47,602 bases of DNA. It comes from Fibrobacteria bacterium. Lineage in GTDB: Bacteria; Fibrobacterota; Fibrobacteria; UBA11236. Position numbers and translations under genes: made by a program. Numbering within the stretch: the first letter of the stretch is position 1; every line of letters begins with the position of its first letter. The notes under the pieces were generated by a model, which ran no database searches, had not been told where the DNA came from, and saw only the letters and a list, made by a program, of their open reading frames with translations. Below, piece by piece: positions 29,019-38,794 of this stretch. Where the stretch lies: contig JAYTHY010000139.1 of the NCBI GenBank assembly GCA_043732185.1, forward strand, positions 1-47,602, read 5' to 3'.

Positions 29019-29948
29019 ATGTTTAATCCAGCGTTTTCCAGCGAAGCCATGTTTCTCCGAAAAAACAACATGCCGGTTATCAATCCGGATAAAGCCGGAA
29101 ATCCCTTAAGACATCCGGCCGCCAAGGCCCCACGCATATTTGCGGATACGGCGACAAGGGCAGACATCGAGCCTTTGTTGCGAGCAGGGATCATCAATGG
29201 CGTGACCACCAACCCCAGTTTGCTCAAAAAAGCTGGCGCTAAATCTTGGGATCATGCCAAGGAAATCATGAAGGAGTTGTGCACGCTGTTGCATCCCTTT
29301 CCGGTCTCCTTGGAATTGACTGAGTTGGAAGAAGAAAAAATGGTTATCCAGGCGGCGGAACTGGCCGCACTTGGCGACAATTCCGTGATCAAAGTTCCGA
29401 TTGGTGGGTACCGAGCCGTATCTGCTTCTGCCGATCCGTTTACGGGACTTAAAGTTATACGCCGTCTATGGGAAAAAGGCATTAAAGTCAACACCACCTT
29501 GATCTTTAATACCACACAGGCGTTTTGGGCTGCCAATGCCGGCGCGGCCTATGTCAGTCCATTTTTAGGTCGGTTGGCGGATTATGCTTACAAACAGGAT
29601 AAACCCGAAAGATCCCCAGGAAATTCCTTATACTGGGTCGAAGACCACAAGAATTCCAAAGGGGATCAGGTGCTGCATAACAGTGAGTATGTGGCATCAG
29701 GGGGACAGCTCAAAGACGCAGGCGCAAGGCTTATTTTTGAAATCGCTACCGTTTTCGCCAACTACCAAATTACCACGGAAATATTAGCCGCCAGCTTTCG
29801 CAATCAGGTGCAACTCACGGAATGCCTTTTAGCGGGTGCCGATATTCTCACTGTTCCGGCTCAAATATTATCGACCGTAGCCGATCATCCTTTAAGCGAT
29901 GAAGGCATGAAGGCCTTTGTGGAGGACTCGAAAGCTTTCGGAAAGTGA
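29019..29948 (+). CDS. tal: Transaldolase / fructose-6-phosphate aldolase family protein with insertions
   Basis: IFADTA, GVTTNPSL, PVSLE, VIKVP (Schiff-base Lys), VNTTLIF..QA..AA.AGA.YVSPFLGRL.D, ILAASFR, GADILTVP, HPLSDEG. Exact start uncertain. Confidence 0.85.
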   Translation: MFNPAFSSEAMFLRKNNMPVINPDKAGNPLRHPAAKAPRIFADTATRADIEPLLRAGIINGVTTNPSLLKKAGAKSWDHAKEIMKELCTLLHPFPVSLELTELEEEKMVIQAAELAALGDNSVIKVPIGGYRAVSASADPFTGLKVIRRLWEKGIKVNTTLIFNTTQAFWAANAGAAYVSPFLGRLADYAYKQDKPERSPGNSLYWVEDHKNSKGDQVLHNSEYVASGGQLKDAGARLIFEIATVFANYQITTEILAASFRNQVQLTECLLAGADILTVPAQILSTVADHPLSDEGMKAFVEDSKAFGK

Positions 29949-30106
29949 GGAAATGTTCTCGGAAGTGCTCTTGAAAGTGCTCTGGGAATTGCCAAAACGT
30001 CAACTTGATCCTTGTCCCGCTTTGGGATACAATCAGGATGGAGCTGGCCATTGCCAATGCATGCGCCAATAGAATTGGATTCATTTCCTAACAAGCAGGT
30101 TTGACA

Positions 30107-30418
30107 ATGAAATTAGATAGAATAGATGGTCCCGACGCCATTACCTTTACGGTGAAAGGATCGTTGACTGGCCTGGCGGAATCCGCGATTAAACTTTTCG
30201 AACAAATCAGCAAAGATATCGAGCAAGGAGGGAAACCCATTCTTATCGATATGAAGAGTGCACTGTTCATTGACAGCATTGCCATTGGACTGGTCATCGG
30301 TGTGATGCTCAAGGCCAGTGGCATGAGTCAAAGCGTGCGTATGCTCCATGTGCCGGATCATGTCGCTTCGGTATTCGACACGATTAATCTCAAAAAAGCC
30401 TTTCCCAACGCCTACTGA
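30107..30418 (+). CDS. STAS domain protein (anti-sigma factor antagonist)
   Basis: ILIDM....FIDSIAIG.. retains the phosphorylatable Ser after Asp; ~100 aa. Confidence 0.85.
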   Translation: MKLDRIDGPDAITFTVKGSLTGLAESAIKLFEQISKDIEQGGKPILIDMKSALFIDSIAIGLVIGVMLKASGMSQSVRMLHVPDHVASVFDTINLKKAFPNAY

Positions 30419-30780
30419 TTTGTGTGGGAAGTTAGCTTAACGGCTATCCATCCCCATCCGAGCAGAAAGAAAATACCACCCACGGGTGTGATTGTGCCTA
30501 GTACGCGCAGGCCGGAAAGGCTGAGGGCGTATAGGCTCCCGGAAAACAGAAGGATGCCCATTAAAAAGAACCAGGCTCCCCACTGGATGTTGGTTGTAGA
30601 GACCTTTGCAAACAAGGCAAGCGCCAGGAGTGCAATCGCATGCAGCAGGTGGTACAGCACAGCGGTATTCCAAACATGTAACATTTCCGGTGATATCCTG
30701 GCTTTTAAAGCATGTGCACCGAAAGCGCCAAGCGCCACGCCCAGAAATGACAAAATTGCAGCTGATCTTATCCAGTCCAT
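30412..30780 (-). CDS. DUF423 (YgdD/TMEM256) membrane protein
   Basis: LGAFGAHAL, TAVLYHLLHA, GILLFSGSLY, ITPVGG. Confidence 0.93.
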   Translation of the reverse strand: MDWIRSAAILSFLGVALGAFGAHALKARISPEMLHVWNTAVLYHLLHAIALLALALFAKVSTTNIQWGAWFFLMGILLFSGSLYALSLSGLRVLGTITPVGGIFFLLGWGWIAVKLTSHTNQ

Positions 30781-30904
30781 AGGTTAATAAAGTAGTTTAC
30801 CCGGTCTTTCCTTTCTAGGCGTCCCTAGGTAGGCTCGGCATTCCCTATTATATTTTCCACGCCCTCACCGATTTGACGGTGGGCCAAAAAACTAGAGGTC
30901 GTCC

Positions 30905-32863
30905 ATGTCGGTCAATATTGAAAGCTCTCTCAACGAATCCCGAAAATTTTTCCCTCCGGACGCCTTTACCAAGAATGCGGCCATTTCCTCACAGGCCCAG
31001 TATGCGGCCATGTACAAGGAATCGATTGAAGAGCCGGAAAAGTTTTGGGGTGGTATCGGCGACCAATTGCATTGGTTTAAAAAATGGGACCGGGTGCGCA
31101 ACTGGGACAATAAACCCTTCGCCAAATGGTTCGAAGGGGGGAAAACCAATCTCTCCTACAATTGTCTGGACAGGCATTTGCACACGTGGCGCCGAAACAA
31201 GGCTGCAATCCTCTGGGAAGGGGAGCCCGGCGGCGATCGCAGGATTTTAACATATCTGGAATTGCATCGGCAGGTCTGTAAATTTGCAAATGTGCTCAAG
31301 TCCCGAGGCATCCAGTCAGGGGATTCCATCGCACTCTACATGCCCATGATTCCGGAATTGGCTATCGCCATGTTGGCATGTGCCCGTATTGGAGCCGTGC
31401 ATTCCATTATCTTCGGAGGCTTTTCGGCACCGGCACTGGTTGATCGTATTCATGATGCGGCGACTAAGCTCGTCATCACAGCGGATGGAGGATTTAGACG
31501 CGGCGGTCTCGTCCAACTTAAGGACGTGGTGGATGAAGCTTTGAAAAGTTGCCCAACTGTCCAAACCTGCATTACTGTCCGCCGGAGCAAGCAAGAAGTG
31601 GGCATGGTGGCAGGTCGGGATTTCTGGTGGGCAGATTTGATGCAAGGCGCGAGCGGCGAATGCCCAGCGGTGGAGTTGGATGCCGAACATCCCTTGTACA
31701 TACTTTATACCTCCGGAAGCACGGGTAAGCCAAAGGGCATATTGCATACTACCGGAGGCTATATGGTGGGCGCATACCTCACCACCAAATATATTTTTGA
31801 TATCAAAGAAGAAGATACCTATTGGTGCACGGCCGATATTGGCTGGGTGACTGGACACAGTTATGTGGTCTATGGCCCGTTGCTCAATGGAGCAACCACG
31901 CTCATGTATGAGGGCGCGCCGAATTTTCCCGCCAATGATCGCTTTTGGCAAATAGTGGAGCGCTATAAAGTGACCATCTTTTATACGGCACCCACCGCCA
32001 TCCGTTCCTTTATGAAATGGGGCGATGAGCACCCCAAGAAATACGATCTGTCCAGTCTGCGCCTGCTCGGTTCCGTTGGGGAACCCATCAACCCAGAAGC
32101 ATGGATGTGGTATCACACTGTTATTGGAGGCGGCCGTTGCCCAATAGTGGACACGTGGTGGCAAACGGAAACGGGCTCCATTATGATCACACCCCTGCCG
32201 GGGATCACACCTACCAAACCGGGCTCTGCCACTTTCCCATTCTTTGGAATTGAACCGGCGATTGTCAATGACAAGGGGGAAGAGCTGCCAAATGGACAGG
32301 GTGGATTTCTGGTTATCAAACAGCCTTGGCCTTCAATGTTACGCACCCTGTACGGTGCCGATGAACGGTACAAGGATGTTTACTGGAGCCGATTCCAAAA
32401 ACAAGGCTGGTACTTGGCCGGAGATGGTGCGGTTCGGGATCAGGAAGGTTATATCTGGATCTTGGGTCGCATTGACGATGTCCTAAATGTTTCCGGACAC
32501 AGGCTATCAACCATGGAAGTGGAAAGTGCCTTGGTGGCTCATGAACTTGTAGTTGAAGCAGCGGTGGTTGGCTTTAAACATGATGTGAAAGGCGAAGGTG
32601 TCGCCGCATTTGTAACATTGGCTACTGGTAAGGAAAAAAGCGATAAAACCACTCAACTGCTCAAAGCCCATGTGCGCGGAATGATAGGGCCTATTGCGGT
32701 GCCGGATCAGATCCATTTCTCTGATGCGTTGCCAAAAACACGGTCCGGAAAGATCATGCGCCGTTTGCTGCGCGACGTGGCCAACGGGGTTGAGACTAAA
32801 GGGGATATGAGTACTTTGGAAGACCTTTCGATAATGGCTAAATTGCGGCAAGATGAGGAGTAA
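30905..32863 (+). CDS. acs: Acetyl-coenzyme A synthetase
   Basis: [62 protein letters not shown]. Confidence 0.97.
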   Translation: MSVNIESSLNESRKFFPPDAFTKNAAISSQAQYAAMYKESIEEPEKFWGGIGDQLHWFKKWDRVRNWDNKPFAKWFEGGKTNLSYNCLDRHLHTWRRNKAAILWEGEPGGDRRILTYLELHRQVCKFANVLKSRGIQSGDSIALYMPMIPELAIAMLACARIGAVHSIIFGGFSAPALVDRIHDAATKLVITADGGFRRGGLVQLKDVVDEALKSCPTVQTCITVRRSKQEVGMVAGRDFWWADLMQGASGECPAVELDAEHPLYILYTSGSTGKPKGILHTTGGYMVGAYLTTKYIFDIKEEDTYWCTADIGWVTGHSYVVYGPLLNGATTLMYEGAPNFPANDRFWQIVERYKVTIFYTAPTAIRSFMKWGDEHPKKYDLSSLRLLGSVGEPINPEAWMWYHTVIGGGRCPIVDTWWQTETGSIMITPLPGITPTKPGSATFPFFGIEPAIVNDKGEELPNGQGGFLVIKQPWPSMLRTLYGADERYKDVYWSRFQKQGWYLAGDGAVRDQEGYIWILGRIDDVLNVSGHRLSTMEVESALVAHELVVEAAVVGFKHDVKGEGVAAFVTLATGKEKSDKTTQLLKAHVRGMIGPIAVPDQIHFSDALPKTRSGKIMRRLLRDVANGVETKGDMSTLEDLSIMAKLRQDEE

Positions 32864-32870
32864 AAATTTT

Positions 32871-33749
32871 ATGTCGACCTATTTTAATGGTATCCGCGTG
32901 ATGGCTTCCGTCTTAATCGGGAGCGGTCTGGTAATCGGTCAAACGGCATCTCCGGTTTCGGATGCTTCCGTCTTTGGATGGAAAAGACAATTCAACGGCA
33001 TCTTGAATATCAGTCAAGCCTATCAGGACAACTGGGTTAAAGGTGGAACAGACGCACTTTCCTGGGAATTGAATTTGAACACCTCTGCGGTTTTGAATAA
33101 GCCGGATTACCTTTGGGAATCCCGTGGCAAGGCCAATTATGGCCGCACCAAAATACAGGACATGCCTTCGCGTAAATCTTCTGATGAGTGGAGTTTTGAG
33201 TCGATATATACGCGCAAGTTCGGATATTGGGTAAACCCCTTTGTTTCAGGAACGGCGCAAAGTCAGTTTACGCTTGGTTATAGCTATGATGATAAAGCCG
33301 TTAAACCTACGCGCTCAGCGATTTCGGACTTTTTTGACCCGGCCTATTTCACCCAAACGCTAGGGCTTGGAATGACTCCAATCAAGGACTTGACAGAAAG
33401 ACTTGGTGCGACCATGAAGCAAACGGTATCGGATACTTATGGCTATGCGGATGACAAGGCGACTTCGACCAAGGTGGAGACTTTCAAACAGGAGTATGGA
33501 CTCACCTCTGCAACGGAATACAAGTTTGCCTTGATGCAGAATATTCTGGCGGCCACCCGACTTGACATTTTCGCCAACTTTAAAGGCTGGGATGAGGTAG
33601 ACGGACGTTGGGACAATCGGCTGACGGCCAAGGTTAATAAATGGGTAAATGTCAATTTTGCCCTGGAATACCTCTATGACAAGGATCTTTCCGAGGACAC
33701 GCAAATGCGGGAATCGCTGTCCGTGGGTCTTTCTTTCTTGTCCCTGTAA
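32871..33749 (+). CDS. DUF3078-like outer-membrane beta-barrel protein
   Basis: Signal peptide; LNISQ....NW.KGG, RKSSD, SQFTLGY, FFDPAY, W...LTAKVNK, LYDKD..Q.RESLSVGL. Confidence 0.8.
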   Translation: MSTYFNGIRVMASVLIGSGLVIGQTASPVSDASVFGWKRQFNGILNISQAYQDNWVKGGTDALSWELNLNTSAVLNKPDYLWESRGKANYGRTKIQDMPSRKSSDEWSFESIYTRKFGYWVNPFVSGTAQSQFTLGYSYDDKAVKPTRSAISDFFDPAYFTQTLGLGMTPIKDLTERLGATMKQTVSDTYGYADDKATSTKVETFKQEYGLTSATEYKFALMQNILAATRLDIFANFKGWDEVDGRWDNRLTAKVNKWVNVNFALEYLYDKDLSEDTQMRESLSVGLSFLSL

Positions 33750-33772
33750 GGTATTTTGTTATCCTTTCTGAC

Positions 33773-34033
33773 ATGACATTCGAGGAAATGTGCGAGCTCG
33801 CCAGAAGCCGCAAAAAAGACATGCCCGAGGGCAAATCAACCACCGATCTGTTTTCCAAAGGTGCTCATGGCATTGGCAAGAAACTGGTGGAGGAAGCGGC
33901 GGAAAGCTGGATGGCCGCTCGATTTGAGAGCCAGGAAGCCTTGGCCGGAGAACTGTCCCAGGTCCTATATTATGTCGCCTGTATGATGGCGGAAAAAGAT
34001 GTAAAACTGGACGACGTGTACCGGCAATTATGA
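33773..34033 (+). CDS. hisE: Phosphoribosyl-ATP pyrophosphatase
   Basis: FEE....R....PEG.S.T..LF.KG...IGKKLVEEAAE.WMAA...E.SQ.LY. Confidence 0.93.
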   Translation: MTFEEMCELARSRKKDMPEGKSTTDLFSKGAHGIGKKLVEEAAESWMAARFESQEALAGELSQVLYYVACMMAEKDVKLDDVYRQL

Positions 34034-34043
34034 AAAGAGAAAT

Positions 34044-34883
34044 ATGTTAAAGGTGGCGTTACCGAACAAAGGTCAGCTTTTTGAGCCGACCATGGATATT
34101 CTGGTATCCTGCGGATACAAGGTCAGCAAAAGTTTGCGCAGCCTGAGCACTTTGGATACGGAAAACCAAGTGGAGTTTTACTTCCTTCGCCCCAGTGACA
34201 TCCCACTTTATGTGGCCAATGGGAAACTTGATGCGGGTATTACCGGCAAAGATTTTGTCGCTGAGAAAATGGTTGCCCCTACCTGTCTTATCGATTTGAA
34301 CTATGGCCGGTCAAAATTATGCGTGGCCGTTCCCGATGCTGGGTCCTTCCATGCTCTGTCCGATTTAAAAAACGCCAAGATTGCAACCTCCTTTCCCAAC
34401 ATTATCCGCACTCATTTTCCCGGCCAAGATCAGCTGGTTGAATTGGAAGGTGCCGTGGAAATTTCCATAAAGCTGGGCATTGCCGACGCTATTGTGGATA
34501 TCGTTGAAACGGGTACGACGTTGAAGCAAGCAGGCTTACGTATCCTTGGGGCGCCACTTTTCGAATCCTGTGCGGCGCTTTATGGACACCCAGGCCGGGA
34601 GCATCAGGAAGAATTGCTGGTGCTTAAAAGCCGCATTGAAGGCAAGTTACTGGCTCAGGAATACATGATGGTAGAGTACGACGCCCCCGAAGCTTTGCTG
34701 AAGGCCGCTTGTGCCATTACCCCAGGCATTGAATCGCCTACCGTGATGTCCTTGGAAAAGTCGGGCTGGTTTTCGGTGAAGGCTATGATCAAGCGCAAAC
34801 AATCCCAAAAAATTCTGGATGCCCTTTCCAAATTGGGCTGCAAGGGCATTATCCTGACTGCATTTGACAGCGTAAGAATCTAA
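34044..34883 (+). CDS. hisG: ATP phosphoribosyltransferase (long form)
   Basis: LKVALPNKG.L, LRP.DI..YV..G.LDAGITG.D, GAVE....G.ADAIVDIVETG.TL, C-terminal regulatory domain (PG.ESPTV). Confidence 0.96.
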   Translation: MLKVALPNKGQLFEPTMDILVSCGYKVSKSLRSLSTLDTENQVEFYFLRPSDIPLYVANGKLDAGITGKDFVAEKMVAPTCLIDLNYGRSKLCVAVPDAGSFHALSDLKNAKIATSFPNIIRTHFPGQDQLVELEGAVEISIKLGIADAIVDIVETGTTLKQAGLRILGAPLFESCAALYGHPGREHQEELLVLKSRIEGKLLAQEYMMVEYDAPEALLKAACAITPGIESPTVMSLEKSGWFSVKAMIKRKQSQKILDALSKLGCKGIILTAFDSVRI

Positions 34884-35037
34884 AACCGCGCTTATGCCAG
34901 TACAGGCTTGGGCGCATTGAATTTTGGGCCAATTGGCCGACTTCTCTGCCGGATTAAATTTTACCTCCCCCCGCCGGACGCAAATCAGGTTAAATTCTAC
35001 CCATCGTGAGGGGAAATAGATCCATTTTCCCGGAACA

Positions 35038-37611
35038 ATGATTTTGGAGTTTGACATGATCGCTATTCGCATCCCGATTCTAGTTCGTCATTTTTCACTA
35101 TTAACCATTTGTTTTGGGATTTTTTTAAGCGGAACACATGCCAATGCGGAAATGACGCTGCGTTTCGATAAACATGCCATTGATACGGCCTTTGGCGAAG
35201 CCTGCGCCTTCGGAGATTTCAACAAGGATGGGGTTGATGATATCGCTTGTGGTACAACATGGTATGCGGCTCCAACATGGTCCAAACATGTCTTCCGCGC
35301 CAGCGCTCCCGATGATGATTACATGGATGCAATGGATGTCGATGGCGATGGCTGGGTGGATGTGATCTTCGGAAAATTCAGCGATGGGTTTTGGTTGAAG
35401 AACCCTGGAAATGTCGCTGGACTATGGCAAACTATGGGCAGCCTTAATATTGGTTCATGCCATAGTGGTAGCCTTTGGGACATTGACGGAGATGGAAAAA
35501 AAAGGGAAGTGCTTGGTGCTGGTGCGGATGCATCAACCATTTGGTCTGAGTTTGTGGGCGGAGCCTGGGTACCGCATGTTATATCCACAACAAAAACAAA
35601 TTGGGGGAGTGGCGTGGGAGATATCAATGGCGATGGCCATCCTGATATTGTGCGACCAGATGGTTGGTTTGAGGGACCGGTGGACCCGCGTTCCGCCAAT
35701 TGGGTTTTCCATCCTATAGCTATTGGAGCCATCGAGGAACAACCGAATAGCATCATCCAAGCGCAGTACTTTGATCACCCACTTTGGGAAAGAAATAATG
35801 CAATCGGCATTTGTGGCCACACCGTGCAGATTTACGTGATTGATGTGGACGGGGATGGCTTGAACGATTTGATTTCCAGCTCCGGCCATCGAATGGGGAT
35901 CATGTGGAATAGACAAATAAGAAGCGCGGCAGGCGTCATTACGTTCCAACCAGAAGTCATAGATGGCAGCATTTCCGAAGTGCACACGCTGGAAATGGTG
36001 GACATGGACAAAGATGGCGATTTGGATTTGGTCGCTGGTAAACGGTGGCGCGGGCACGGCGCCTATGAGGATCCCTTATCCGAAGCGCCATTATATGTTT
36101 TCTGGTATGAAAAAATAAAGACTAGACCTTACTTTAAAAGGCACACTTTGAGCTACGGTGAAAATATTGGTGCCGGAACAAAAATCGGAATTGGCGATTA
36201 CGATCATGATGGTGACATCGATGTAGTTGTAAGTGCCAAAAGACAGGAAGGCAAAGGGGGTGGGCCGTTCCTTTTCGAAAACAAATACCCGCTTACTATA
36301 GCAGATTCTACGCCTGGTCCGGGTGCTCAGATAACTTGGGTAAAGCATAAAATCGATGTGCAGACCGCAATAACTTGTGCATTCGCCGATGTAGATAAGG
36401 ACGGGAAGTTGGACCTGGTATCCGGGGACAATTGGTATAAAGCGCCACTATGGACCAAACATCCGTTTCGAACCCTGGCTGCTGGTGCGGACGGGCTAGG
36501 AGAAATGCTTGACGTGGATGGGGACACTTGGCCGGATGTCCTAACCGGAGGATATGGCAAAGGATTAACGTGGTATAAAAACCCAGGAACGACCGTGGGT
36601 ACTCAAAGTGCGAATTGGACAAGCGAAGTCGTAGATTCTGCAGGAAATTATGAGAACGGTGATTTGTGGGATGTGGATGGCGACGGCAAAGCCCAAGAAA
36701 TCGTTTCTGCATCCTATTTGCCGGGAGTAAAGTGGTGGGAAGTGGTTTCTGGAAAATGGGTATCGCATACGATTTCCACCCTCTCCTGTGACTTTGGGGT
36801 TGGCGTAGGCGATGTCAACAAGGACGGTCGACCGGATATCATCCGGCCCAATGCCTGGTTTGAAGCCCCGGTCGATCCCCGTAACGGGGTCTGGATCGTG
36901 CATGAGATAGCCTTGGGAGCAATAGACGATCGGTCCATGCTTTTGGGAACCGGCTCCATGAAATCTCCCAAGTGGATGAGCAGCAATACCAAAGGCATGT
37001 ATGGACACACGGCTCAGATTCGGGTTTATGATGTGAACAAGGATGGCAAAAACGATATTATTTGTTCATCCGCCCATCGCGTTGGAATTTTCTGGTATGA
37101 GCAAAAAACTCCTGACCTCTTTGAAAGACATAACATTGATGCGACATGGTCCCAAGCGCACGCATTAGAATTTAAGGATATGGACGGAGACGGGGATCCT
37201 GATTTGGTTACCGGGAAAGCCTTCCATGCCCAAGTAGGGGACCCTCAGCCGGAAAATGCATTGCAAGTGGTCTGGTATGAGCTGATCCCTGGGGCATCAG
37301 AACCCTGGATAAGGCATGAGATAAGCTATAACGAAGGCATCGGGGCAGGATACAATATTGCCATTGCCGACTATGATGCCGATGGAGACATGGATATCGC
37401 AGTTGCGGGTGCCAGCGGCGGCCCCTGGATTTTTGAAAACATGACAAAGTCGGTGGGTATTCGAAATATTGAAAATGGCTTTGGGCCGAATCGGGCCGAG
37501 CGGCCAGGTTTGTATCAAAAAGAAGGCGGTAGCGGTATTCTCGTGGACGGACTGCCAAGCGGTAAGCCCAGTGACATTCGAGGACGCGTGCAAAAATTGA
37601 AGCCAAATTGA
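35038..37611 (+). CDS. Secreted FG-GAP/VCBS repeat protein with two tandem beta-propeller modules
   Basis: Signal peptide; many D-x-(D/N)-x-DG-x-x-D repeats; clear internal duplication; C-terminal SDIRGR tail. Start may be ATG 35056. Confidence 0.88.
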   Translation: MILEFDMIAIRIPILVRHFSLLTICFGIFLSGTHANAEMTLRFDKHAIDTAFGEACAFGDFNKDGVDDIACGTTWYAAPTWSKHVFRASAPDDDYMDAMDVDGDGWVDVIFGKFSDGFWLKNPGNVAGLWQTMGSLNIGSCHSGSLWDIDGDGKKREVLGAGADASTIWSEFVGGAWVPHVISTTKTNWGSGVGDINGDGHPDIVRPDGWFEGPVDPRSANWVFHPIAIGAIEEQPNSIIQAQYFDHPLWERNNAIGICGHTVQIYVIDVDGDGLNDLISSSGHRMGIMWNRQIRSAAGVITFQPEVIDGSISEVHTLEMVDMDKDGDLDLVAGKRWRGHGAYEDPLSEAPLYVFWYEKIKTRPYFKRHTLSYGENIGAGTKIGIGDYDHDGDIDVVVSAKRQEGKGGGPFLFENKYPLTIADSTPGPGAQITWVKHKIDVQTAITCAFADVDKDGKLDLVSGDNWYKAPLWTKHPFRTLAAGADGLGEMLDVDGDTWPDVLTGGYGKGLTWYKNPGTTVGTQSANWTSEVVDSAGNYENGDLWDVDGDGKAQEIVSASYLPGVKWWEVVSGKWVSHTISTLSCDFGVGVGDVNKDGRPDIIRPNAWFEAPVDPRNGVWIVHEIALGAIDDRSMLLGTGSMKSPKWMSSNTKGMYGHTAQIRVYDVNKDGKNDIICSSAHRVGIFWYEQKTPDLFERHNIDATWSQAHALEFKDMDGDGDPDLVTGKAFHAQVGDPQPENALQVVWYELIPGASEPWIRHEISYNEGIGAGYNIAIADYDADGDMDIAVAGASGGPWIFENMTKSVGIRNIENGFGPNRAERPGLYQKEGGSGILVDGLPSGKPSDIRGRVQKLKPN

Positions 37612-37699
37612 ACCTTGGAGTGAATTGTAAGTGAATAAGAGCACGGTACTGGAAAATAATGCTCCTCTTGAAAATGGGAGCGAACTGCACTTTGATTTT

Positions 37700-38551
37700 A
37701 TGGATAAATTTATCCTCGTCCTATGTTTATTGATCCCCGGAATGTCCTGTATGTCTTGGGCGACCTCGGTTGAAGTTTCAGCCAGGATCGGTTCGACAGC
37801 CGTCCGCACAGTGCTCTTTAACGGCAAGGATTTGAAAGGCTGGCATACTCAGGGCAAGGGCATATGGCAAGTGGCCGATAGCTCCATTGTTGGTCATAAC
37901 CCCATAATGGACTGGACCCATCTCGTCACGGACAGTTCATATGGCGATTGCTTCATGCGGCTTAAGTTCAAAAATATCGTTGGAAATAGCGGATTGTATT
38001 TTCACACCGATACCGGAGGTGTCTACGGTGTCCACGGCATGCAAATTGAAATAGACACATCCGATAATGGATCGGTGATGTGGGTGACCACCACTGCTTA
38101 TGGTTGGGTTGGTATGACCACCAAGGTGCAGCGCGACTCTTTGGTTAAAATTAATGCCTGGACAGACTTGGCGGTTTGGATGCAGGGCAAAAATTTTACC
38201 GTTTACCTGAATAACAAAAAAGTTTTGCAGAGGACAAATGTTCCCGAAATGGCATTGAACGGGAAATTCGCTTTGCAAATGCACAATGGCTATTACAATG
38301 AAGTGTACTTCAAGGATTTGGAGGTGTCGGTGCCGACACTGTCTAAGAATTGTTCCGATCCACTGTACTTGGAGTATCAAAAAGATTTGCCGACATCTGA
38401 TCCGGGTGTATGTGGAACAGTTTCCGTGACAGGGGGAAATGGACAGGTACCTTTCAAAGTTGATTTGACTCAACCCAATCGGTATCTATTCGGCCCTAAG
38501 GGGTATAGAGATCTCGCGGGAAAACACCGATATCCAAGGAATAAACAGTAA
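37700..38551 (+). CDS. Secreted DUF1080 (3-keto-disaccharide hydrolase-like) protein
   Basis: LFNGKDLKGW, L.T..SYGD...RLKF, GNSGLYF, G.QIEID, W....V...G..F.VYLN, G.FALQMH....V.FKDLEV. Confidence 0.88.
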   Translation: MDKFILVLCLLIPGMSCMSWATSVEVSARIGSTAVRTVLFNGKDLKGWHTQGKGIWQVADSSIVGHNPIMDWTHLVTDSSYGDCFMRLKFKNIVGNSGLYFHTDTGGVYGVHGMQIEIDTSDNGSVMWVTTTAYGWVGMTTKVQRDSLVKINAWTDLAVWMQGKNFTVYLNNKKVLQRTNVPEMALNGKFALQMHNGYYNEVYFKDLEVSVPTLSKNCSDPLYLEYQKDLPTSDPGVCGTVSVTGGNGQVPFKVDLTQPNRYLFGPKGYRDLAGKHRYPRNKQ

Positions 38552-38794
38552 ATAACATTTTCTGTAGCGAAAATATGGCGAAAGAACTCGATCGGCGAGC
38601 CTAAAATTATGGCAAGACTAAATGTATTATTTCAGCAGGTTCAGGTATAAAATAGGCGCTTAAAATTCATCGCGCCTAATGGAATTTTACCTGTCAATGG
38701 CAATGTTTTACTGTTTCCTTAACCGCCATCGCCCTGTGTCGGTTACTATATCTAAATAGCTCAAAGATCTGAATACCGTCCTATGGAGGTTTAT

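Noticed and set aside
31316..32164. 282-aa antisense ORF within acs, and similar shadow ORFs within glgP, the FG-GAP gene and others
   Set aside because: They fully overlap well-conserved genes on the opposite strand or in another frame and show no recognisable motifs.
38636..38695. Imperfect long hairpin upstream of the GSDH gene (TAGGCGC...GCGCCTA core)
   Set aside because: It has no U-tract and no recognisable riboswitch consensus, so support is insufficient.
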